Below are positions 57,430 through 64,000 of a stretch of DNA of 64,000 nucleotides, one piece after another. The stretch lies in the IMG/VR virus record IMGVR_UViG_3300039355_000071. One strand, given 5' to 3'. A program made the translations under genes and the position numbers. The notes below the pieces were generated by a model. It saw only the letters and a program-made list of their open reading frames with translations. It ran no database searches and was not told the origin of the DNA. The stretch's first letter is position 1, and every line of letters begins with the position of its first letter. Source of the DNA: a virus.

Positions 57430-58440
57430 TTGGTACAGAAAGCTAATACAATTGAAGAATTATTACAGGATTGTCCTGTAAACTCAATAATAGGAGACAA
57501 TTTAATAAGAGCGTGGTCAAAAATTAACAGCCACAAATATTTATATATACTATGTTCTATTTCAGGTGGATCAGATAGTGATGATATGTTGGATATTGTT
57601 TATAGATGCGATAAAAGCAATAAAGTGAAGTATGTCTGGTTTGATACTGGATTAGAATATTCTGCAACAAAAGAGCATCTCAAATATTTAGAAAATAAAT
57701 ATGATATAACAATTGATTCATATAAAGCAATTAAGCCAATTCCACTATCGTGTAAACGATATGGACAACCATTTCTATCTAAGCAAGTCAGTGAATTTAT
57801 CCAAAGATTACAAAAACATAACTTCCAATGGGAAGACGAGGATTTTGATACGCTATATAAGAAGTATCCGAAGTGCAAATCTGCATTGGAATGGTGGTGT
57901 GGAATAAAAGGTAATGGTAGTCAATTTAATATCACTCATAATAAATGGCTAAAAGAATTTATGATTGAAAACCCACCAACATTTAAAATTTCTAACAAAT
58001 GCTGTCAATATGCGAAGAAAGATGTCTCACATAAGCTTTTAAGAGAAGGTGTATATGGCGATGGAAAAATACCATTTGACCTAAATATTGTAGGTGTAAG
58101 AAAAGCCGAAGGTGGAGCAAGAGCAACTGCATATAAAAGTTGTTTTGATGAAAATGATTCTGGTTGTGATAATTATAGACCTTTATTTTGGTATAAAGAC
58201 TCAGACAAAATAGACTATGAAAATTCTTATGACATTGAGCACAGCAAGTGTTATACAGAATATGGACTGAAAAGAACTGGTTGTGCAGGTTGCCCATTTG
58301 GTAGAGATTTTGAATACGAATTAGAAGTAATTCAAAAGTATGAACCGAAACTTTATAAGGCTGTTAATAATATTTTTGGAGATTCTTACGAATATACAAG
58401 GAAGTATCGTGAATTTGTAAAGAATATGAATAAAAAGTAG
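57430..58440 (+). CDS. PAPS-reductase-family PP-loop ATP-pyrophosphatase-like protein
   Basis: LCSISGGSDSD (PP-loop) and IVGVRKAEGGARA (the G-x-R-x-x-E-S/G-x-x-R signature of CysH/DndC-like enzymes). CAGCPFG near the C-terminus. Confidence 0.5.
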   Translation: MVQKANTIEELLQDCPVNSIIGDNLIRAWSKINSHKYLYILCSISGGSDSDDMLDIVYRCDKSNKVKYVWFDTGLEYSATKEHLKYLENKYDITIDSYKAIKPIPLSCKRYGQPFLSKQVSEFIQRLQKHNFQWEDEDFDTLYKKYPKCKSALEWWCGIKGNGSQFNITHNKWLKEFMIENPPTFKISNKCCQYAKKDVSHKLLREGVYGDGKIPFDLNIVGVRKAEGGARATAYKSCFDENDSGCDNYRPLFWYKDSDKIDYENSYDIEHSKCYTEYGLKRTGCAGCPFGRDFEYELEVIQKYEPKLYKAVNNIFGDSYEYTRKYREFVKNMNKK

Positions 58441-58569
58441 AGAATAACAAATTGAGAGGTTACGAAAGCCTTGAAAAATAAGGCTTTTAGAACCTCAAAA
58501 TATAAAAATATTACATATAAAGGAGATTTTAAATTAGGATTTTTCTTTCAAGTGAGGTTAGAGGATATA

Positions 58570-58905
58570 ATGACAAAGAAACAATTATTAAAAGAAAAAG
58601 AAAATTTAGAGTACAAATTATCAATTATAAATAAGGCGTTGAACCAAGATAATATAGAAAATCCAAAATGTTTTATTCTTGATACAATTCCTTGGCGTCA
58701 TGATATTTTGTGGCTAATTGCAGATATTGTCAGAACATCTCCGATAGTTAATAAAAATTATCCTTATGGATATGATTGTAACATTTGTGAAGAATGTGGA
58801 AATGAATGTTCTACGGATGGAGATGGCATAGATTGTAATTGGGCATTTGTAGAATATTTTGAAAAAGAACTTCGTGAACGAGGCTATTACGAAAGCAGAG
58901 CATGA
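58570..58905 (+). CDS. hypothetical Cys-containing protein (111 aa)
   Basis: RBS GTGAGGTTAGAGG. Confidence 0.45.
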   Translation: MTKKQLLKEKENLEYKLSIINKALNQDNIENPKCFILDTIPWRHDILWLIADIVRTSPIVNKNYPYGYDCNICEECGNECSTDGDGIDCNWAFVEYFEKELRERGYYESRA

Positions 58906-58974
58906 AGAATTTAGCAGATGTAATACTGATTGGAGTGGTCTTCGAGGTGGATTTTGATTTAAAGGAGAGAATAA

Positions 58975-59613
58975 ATGAGCAGTAGTAGTATTTATGGAAT
59001 AAGAAAAGATTATACAGGAGAAGAAATATTTGAATATAAAAACTCATGGTTGTTTTCTCCTATAATTTGGGGCGTCTTACCAGATAAATATATTCATGAT
59101 TACATTCAAACACCATTTGGTTTTAAAAAGGGAATTATTGGAATGGACGGAAACGATGTATGGACAAGAACTAACAAATTCATTAATGAGTGCGATAACA
59201 CACCTGATAGGGTTTGTTGGGAGATGTCAAATCAACAGATTTTTCATACTTGTGATAAACAGATTATTTCAAATTCTATTATGCAATTCTTAAAACAAAA
59301 TGATACTTATGATGTATCAGAAGAAGATAATATCCCAGTTTTAAAAAGAGAACATATTATTGAAAGATTTACCGAAATAGCAAATGATATTTTGTCAATT
59401 GACGAAAATGAATTTCCATATTTTGTTTTTAAAAATACAACAGTTGATGATGGCGTTGAGAGATGGTTTGAAAAATATGATGAAGAATCTGATGAGTATG
59501 TTTCATGTGCAATGTCAGAAAATACAGATGATTTTTATGCAGAATTTGTATTTTTCAAAGATGGAAAAATTGACAAATTTGTAAGTAACAAAAATTATCA
59601 GTTTGAATCATAG
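58975..59613 (+). CDS. hypothetical protein (212 aa)
   Basis: RBS AAAGGAGAGAATAA. Confidence 0.5.
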   Translation: MSSSSIYGIRKDYTGEEIFEYKNSWLFSPIIWGVLPDKYIHDYIQTPFGFKKGIIGMDGNDVWTRTNKFINECDNTPDRVCWEMSNQQIFHTCDKQIISNSIMQFLKQNDTYDVSEEDNIPVLKREHIIERFTEIANDILSIDENEFPYFVFKNTTVDDGVERWFEKYDEESDEYVSCAMSENTDDFYAEFVFFKDGKIDKFVSNKNYQFES

Positions 59614-59652
59614 CAAGAAATTTTTCTTTCTTGTGAAGATTGGAGGTATTAT

Positions 59653-59841
59653 ATGTCTTTTACAGTAGATTTTAGTTCAATAAGAACAGTTAGAGTTCAC
59701 AAAGAACAATTTGACGCAATAGACAATAAAGCAAATGTCGTAATGATTACTTGCATTGAGGATGGAAGAGTTATTCCATTCAATAGAGCTGATAGCGAAA
59801 AAGATAAAATTGATAGATTGAACAGGAATAGTGGAGAATAA
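59653..59841 (+). CDS. small hypothetical protein
   Basis: RBS TTGGAGGTATT. Confidence 0.4.
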   Translation: MSFTVDFSSIRTVRVHKEQFDAIDNKANVVMITCIEDGRVIPFNRADSEKDKIDRLNRNSGE

Positions 59842-59845
59842 CATT

Positions 59846-60589
59846 ATGGATAATTTAACACGTAGAGAAGAAGTAAATCTTCATGAAGCAATTCAGAAAT
59901 CTTTTCCTAAAATTCTTATCAAGGATCTGACAGAACATGAAAGAATCTGTCCTGTCTGTAATGGTCTTGGTATGATCATTGAAAACAATATTTATGGAAT
60001 CAAAGGTGACAAGTCCGAAGCTGCGAAACGAGAACCCTTCCCATATAAACATCAAGCACTTTCGTTTTGTGGAAGTTGTTTTAATGGTGTACAGATATTA
60101 TGTCCTTATTGTGGACAACCCTATGTAAATCAAGCGTATATGCATTGCGGCTGCGAAGGACAGAAGAAAGCCGATGAAGAGGAGAGAATAAAGAAGTGGA
60201 ATGAGAAAGTTTCTAAAGCAGTTCCAGTTGACGAAAAAGATGTAGACACAATGCTTTACTGTGAAGAGTTTGATGAGTATTACGATACTGTTGATGATTT
60301 CTTTTACGATTATTTTGGGCGTTATACAGATGAAGAATTTAATAATGATGGCAGACCTGAGAGATTATGGGTGTGCAGCGTGGAGAAGATTCATATTGAT
60401 GCTGATAATGTAGTTGACAATGCTTGCGAAGAGTTACATGAAGATGCTTATGAACAGTGTGATATTGGTGGTCTGCAAAATTTGTTAGATACCTGGTGTA
60501 AAGATCAGACAGGAGCTACTACATATTATCCATATTATAAGCAGTATGTAGAAATTGATTGGAGTGAATATGAAGATTGTAGCAGGTAA
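59846..60589 (+). CDS. multi-zinc-finger protein (247 aa)
   Basis: CPVCNGLG..CGSCFNG..CPYCGQ..CGCEG. Confidence 0.5.
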   Translation: MDNLTRREEVNLHEAIQKSFPKILIKDLTEHERICPVCNGLGMIIENNIYGIKGDKSEAAKREPFPYKHQALSFCGSCFNGVQILCPYCGQPYVNQAYMHCGCEGQKKADEEERIKKWNEKVSKAVPVDEKDVDTMLYCEEFDEYYDTVDDFFYDYFGRYTDEEFNNDGRPERLWVCSVEKIHIDADNVVDNACEELHEDAYEQCDIGGLQNLLDTWCKDQTGATTYYPYYKQYVEIDWSEYEDCSR

Positions 60590-60884
60590 TTATTTCGGTA
60601 AAAATATTCAGTTTGTATGTAGATGCTGCAACTGTGTATATGAAGTTGAATCAAAGGATGATTGGAATGTTCAGATGATATTTCCTAACTATTGTAGTTT
60701 TAAATATAAAGTTCCTGAATATGGAGTAACTTGTCCTAATTGTGGTCATGAAGAATATCTTGGTTGCGATCAAGATGACTTGATAGGAACTGAATCTGAA
60801 AACCTACACTGTCCTTGGATTCCATTATTAAAGAAGAGAGCAGATTGGAATGAACGATATAGGGTTGAGCCAATAAGAGAATAA
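60570..60884 (+). CDS. Cys-rich protein
   Basis: CRCCNC..CPNCGHE. Confidence 0.4.
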   Translation: MKIVAGNYFGKNIQFVCRCCNCVYEVESKDDWNVQMIFPNYCSFKYKVPEYGVTCPNCGHEEYLGCDQDDLIGTESENLHCPWIPLLKKRADWNERYRVEPIRE

Positions 60885-60903
60885 GTATTTGTGAGGTGAG
60901 TAG

Positions 60904-61127
60904 ATGAGAGCATACAAATGTGATGTTTGTGGTAAGTATTGTGAAGATTGTTTTGAAATTAATGATGATACATTTGATGTATTCCCATCAGATTTCGTTG
61001 ACAGAGGACAATATGATAAAAAAAGGTGGAAGTACGAGATTTGTGTTCTGAATGTTATGTAGATATTAAAAATTATATTCATAACAAAGTATTCAATAGG
61101 TTTAAGAAAGAGGAAGAATCGAAGTAA
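60904..61127 (+). CDS. zinc-ribbon protein needing a -1 shift at an A7 run (61018-61024) to join its two CxxC halves
   Basis: Frame 0 gives CDVCGKYC..DKK then junk and a stop at 61062. The frame reached by one extra A continues VEVRDLCSECYVDIKNYIHNKVFNRFKKEEESK to 61127. Confidence 0.4.
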
Positions 61128-61180
61128 AGATTCGATTCTTGCGGAAATTTTTACAGAGAATATAAGAATAGGAGGTACAA

Positions 61181-61789
61181 ATGGGAACACGAAATTTAAC
61201 AATTGTACATAGTAATGGCGAATATAAAGTTGCACAGTATGGACAGTGGGATGGGTATCCTGAAGGTTTAGGCGTACAATTGCTTGAATATCTTAAAGGA
61301 ATAAATATTAACGAATTAAGAAATTCAGTGAATGATTGTACATATTTGTCTAAGGAAGATTTTGATGAGATAAATAAAAATATTGATGAAGCAATGAAGG
61401 ATAATCCAAGATTTCCTTGGCAGAAGTTTTATCCAGAATTATCAAGAGATACAGGTGGAGATATTTTAAAGTTAATTATGTTTAAGAATAAAACAAAGTT
61501 GAAAAACTCATTAAACTTTGCAGCAGATAGCCTTTTCTGTGAGTGGGCTTATGTTATTGATTTGGATAAGAATACTTATGAAGTATACAAAGGTTTTAAT
61601 AAAGAGCCACTAGATGAATCTGAAAGGTTTTATTTTTTAACACCAATTGCAGAGAAAGAGTATCGAGAAAATCCCAAAGAATATTATCCTGTTAAATTTG
61701 TTACAGAATATAGTCTTAGTAGTCTTCCTGACGAAAAAGATTTCCTCGAAGATATTAGTAAAATCTGTGGTTTTGATGAGGAAGAGTAG
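61181..61789 (+). CDS. hypothetical protein (202 aa)
   Basis: RBS AATAGGAGGTACAA. Conserved upstream repeat. Confidence 0.55.
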   Translation: MGTRNLTIVHSNGEYKVAQYGQWDGYPEGLGVQLLEYLKGININELRNSVNDCTYLSKEDFDEINKNIDEAMKDNPRFPWQKFYPELSRDTGGDILKLIMFKNKTKLKNSLNFAADSLFCEWAYVIDLDKNTYEVYKGFNKEPLDESERFYFLTPIAEKEYRENPKEYYPVKFVTEYSLSSLPDEKDFLEDISKICGFDEEE

Positions 61790-61855
61790 ACTTGGCATAT
61801 CGGTTTTCCTTGCGGAAATTTAAAAGGAGAATATAAGAGTAGGAGGTAAAATTAA

Positions 61856-62434
61856 ATGCATTATTGCGTTCATTTACTCACAAAAGAATTACCAAGTGAG
61901 AATAAAATTGCAGCAATTATGAAGCCATACAATTCAGAACTTGTATATGGCTCAGATGAAGAAGACGAACAGATTGATTATCCAGTTTTTACATGGGATT
62001 ACTACCGAATTGGTGGCAGGTATAAGGCTGAATTAAAACTAAAAGTAGATGAAGAAGGATCTGCAAACAGAGAATATTATAATTGGGGCTACTATGACAG
62101 ACAAGATAGAAACGGCAGATTGTTTTGGTCAAGTCTTTTATCAACATTAAAAGAGAATATTACACCTGAATGGATGTATCATGAGGAAGATTGGTTCATG
62201 AATATGGGTTTTGGCGATGGATATATTCTTGTTGATGGAGCAAAGCAAAGTGATGTTTTAAATATTGGCAAGCTTGGATGTTACATATGTATTCTTCCTG
62301 ATGGTTCAGCTATTGCAAGAGATTCATGGAATGGTAAAGATATTATCAAAGATGAAAAATTCGATGAAAAATATAAACAGGCTATAACAGATAATATGGA
62401 TGGATTTATTACAGTGCTTGATATCCATGATTAA
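61856..62434 (+). CDS. hypothetical protein (192 aa)
   Basis: RBS GTAGGAGGTAAAAT. Same upstream repeat. Confidence 0.55.
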   Translation: MHYCVHLLTKELPSENKIAAIMKPYNSELVYGSDEEDEQIDYPVFTWDYYRIGGRYKAELKLKVDEEGSANREYYNWGYYDRQDRNGRLFWSSLLSTLKENITPEWMYHEEDWFMNMGFGDGYILVDGAKQSDVLNIGKLGCYICILPDGSAIARDSWNGKDIIKDEKFDEKYKQAITDNMDGFITVLDIHD

Positions 62435-62467
62435 GAAGAAGTATCGGTTTCCATGGGAGGTGAAAAA

Positions 62468-62752
62468 GTGAGAATAGAAGAAATTGCTTTAAGACAAGAA
62501 GCAAGACAAATGTTATGTGAAGCTGGTTTAAGTAAAGAGGAACTTAAAGAACTGGTATTGAAAGATATAGATGATAAAGTAATTCAAGCGATTGAAAGTA
62601 AAATCAAGGGTGTTGATTTTGAACAAATGATTATGGATAGAGTTGATAGAGCTTTAACCAAAGCAGTTGATGATATTGTTCGAAGAGAAGTAGAGGGATA
62701 TTTTTATAACAGAAGGCTCAATATTCGTGCAACTGCTTCATTTGAAGAATAA
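62468..62752 (+). CDS. hypothetical protein
   Basis: GTG start after GGGAGGTGAAAAA. Confidence 0.4.
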   Translation: MRIEEIALRQEARQMLCEAGLSKEELKELVLKDIDDKVIQAIESKIKGVDFEQMIMDRVDRALTKAVDDIVRREVEGYFYNRRLNIRATASFEE

Positions 62753-62794
62753 AAAATCGCAGTAAATTTCGATTTCTTGCGAGGAGGTGAAATC

Positions 62795-63208
62795 TTGGAG
62801 AAAGTAATTAAATATAGATGTTCTGAATGTGGAAAATTATTTGACACACCTGATGATGCTTTTGATTGTGAATCAAGACACAAAAGAATTGAGAGAGCTA
62901 ATGAGATGCTTAAGAAAGGATATACATTAAAACAAATCAATGATGAGTGTGAGATTTGGGATTCTATACCAGAATATTTAGAAAATGTAAACAAGGATAA
63001 TTGCTTCAAAATCAGTTATTGGCAATATTGTGACAAACCTGCATATCAAATTGTTAACATCTATTTTGACGGAAGAGTATATATAAGAGGTTGTGGTTCA
63101 CGGAGTGGATATTATGGTAATAGTCTTAGATTAGATAATAGTATTTTGAAAGATCCAAGACCAAAGGAAGAGTTATTTATAGATAGTAGATATACAAGTA
63201 GATGGTAA
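62795..63208 (+). CDS. zinc-ribbon protein (137 aa)
   Basis: TTG start after GAGGAGGTGAAATC. CSECGKLF..C.CESRH. Confidence 0.4.
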   Translation: MEKVIKYRCSECGKLFDTPDDAFDCESRHKRIERANEMLKKGYTLKQINDECEIWDSIPEYLENVNKDNCFKISYWQYCDKPAYQIVNIYFDGRVYIRGCGSRSGYYGNSLRLDNSILKDPRPKEELFIDSRYTSRW

Positions 63209-63248
63209 TTGTATTTGGAGAATAATATATTGAAAGAGAGGTACATAT

Positions 63249-64000
63249 ATGCCAGTACATGATGATTTAGGCTGTCGCATGAAGACATTTTATGAGCAGA
63301 TTCCTAAGACAAAATTAATGAGAAGATGCCCAGTTGCTATCCGCATTGATGGAAAAGCGTTTCATACATTCACAAGAGGATTCCAGAAACCGTTTGATGA
63401 AGTGTTAATCAGGTCTATGCAGGAAACAATGAAATACTTATGCGAGAATATTCAAGGCTGTGTTCTTGGTTACACACAATCAGACGAGATTACATTAATC
63501 CTTGTTGATTATAAGAAGCTCACATCTTCAGCATGGTTTGATTATGAGGTGCAGAAAATTTGTAGTATTACAGCAAGTATGACTACGATGGCATTTAATA
63601 AATTTTTTGAAAAGTATGTTGACGAATATAGATTTAGTAAATGGGATGGTGTTTCAAAATATGAGGATGGTACATGGGGATATATTCAGACATTACTAAA
63701 TGCAGTTGACAAAGGTGCAATGTTTAATGCTCGTTGCTTCAATATTCCAAAAGAAGAAGTAACAAATCTCGTATATTGGCGACAACTTGACGCTTCTCGT
63801 AACTCAATTCAGATGGTAGGTCAAGCCAATTTCTCACACAAAGAATTACAGAATAAGTCATGTAATGATATTCAGGATATGCTTATGATTCAAAAAGGTA
63901 TTAACTGGAATGATTTGCCGACTTATCAGAAGAGGGGAAGCTGTTGTGTAAAACGTGAATTCTGGGTTGATAAAAATGATGGCGAAGAGTTTAGTAAAGA
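63249..64000 (+). CDS. Thg1-like protein (tRNA-His guanylyltransferase family 3'-5' polymerase), truncated by the window end
   Basis: RBS AGAGAGG. AIRIDGKAFHTF, YTQSDEITLIL and YWRQLDASRNSI match the Thg1 signatures VVRLDGRNFHRF, YGQSDEYSFVF and SWRQADCHINNL. Confidence 0.7.
   Translation, partial: MPVHDDLGCRMKTFYEQIPKTKLMRRCPVAIRIDGKAFHTFTRGFQKPFDEVLIRSMQETMKYLCENIQGCVLGYTQSDEITLILVDYKKLTSSAWFDYEVQKICSITASMTTMAFNKFFEKYVDEYRFSKWDGVSKYEDGTWGYIQTLLNAVDKGAMFNARCFNIPKEEVTNLVYWRQLDASRNSIQMVGQANFSHKELQNKSCNDIQDMLMIQKGINWNDLPTYQKRGSCCVKREFWVDKNDGEEFSK

Noticed and set aside
1-64000. Global stop-codon reassignment (TAG or TAA read as sense) as an explanation for the in-frame stops
   Set aside because: TAA, TAG and TGA all terminate many well-supported genes in the window, and only two isolated internal stops were found. 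Genome-wide recoding is therefore unlikely.
1-64000. CRISPR array
   Set aside because: No run of regularly spaced identical 25-40 bp repeats with unique spacers anywhere. The repeats found are 2-3-copy regulatory elements.

Overview
The window is a visibly AT-rich, phage-like region. Nearly every convincing gene reads left to right on the + strand with AGGAGG-type ribosome-binding sites. There are more than 100 short, tightly packed and often overlapping genes and no recognisable virion structural genes (no terminase, portal or capsid). It therefore looks like the early/accessory arm of a large Firmicutes-type phage or prophage.

Main blocks, in order:
- 1000-2800: a non-coding control region with iteron-like repeats, three strong sigma-A-type promoters that each carry a palindromic operator (ATCACA..TGTGAT), and a roughly 600-nt ORF-free structured segment.
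- 2.8-19 kb: dozens of small early genes, including XRE helix-turn-helix regulators, a ParB-like nuclease-domain protein, a HicA-like toxin and many zinc ribbons.
- 19.3-22.7 kb: a lysogeny-like module: tandem terminators, a tyrosine integrase, an XRE repressor divergent from a MazF/PemK-like toxin, then tRNA-Gln(UUG) and tRNA-Met(CAU).
- 23.5-25.6 kb: a phage sigma factor and a DUF262 (ParB-fold) protein.
- 28.7-32.8 kb: a 685-aa unknown protein and a flotillin/SPFH membrane protein.
- 33.5-37.8 kb: a four-gene translationally coupled operon. It encodes a Pol-beta-type nucleotidyltransferase, an unknown protein, a CCA-adding enzyme and a DHH/NrnA-like phosphoesterase.
- 38.9-40.4 kb: a C5-cytosine DNA methyltransferase with an inserted zinc ribbon.
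- 41.6-45.6 kb: an NAD+ island (PncA-like, PRPP-synthetase-like Adps, NAMPT-like Namat, macro domain, NadE), i.e. an expanded NARP1-type NAD-reconstitution anti-defence cluster.
- 45.6-46.8 kb: a homing-endonuclease-like gene.
- 48.9-49.4 kb: a truncated C5-methyltransferase on the minus strand.
- 53.8-58.4 kb: tandem paralogs, a radical-SAM enzyme and a PAPS-reductase-like PP-loop protein.
- 63.2 kb to the window end: a Thg1-like tRNA 3'-5' polymerase, cut off by the window.

All family assignments are from motif recognition by eye. None was checked by a database search.
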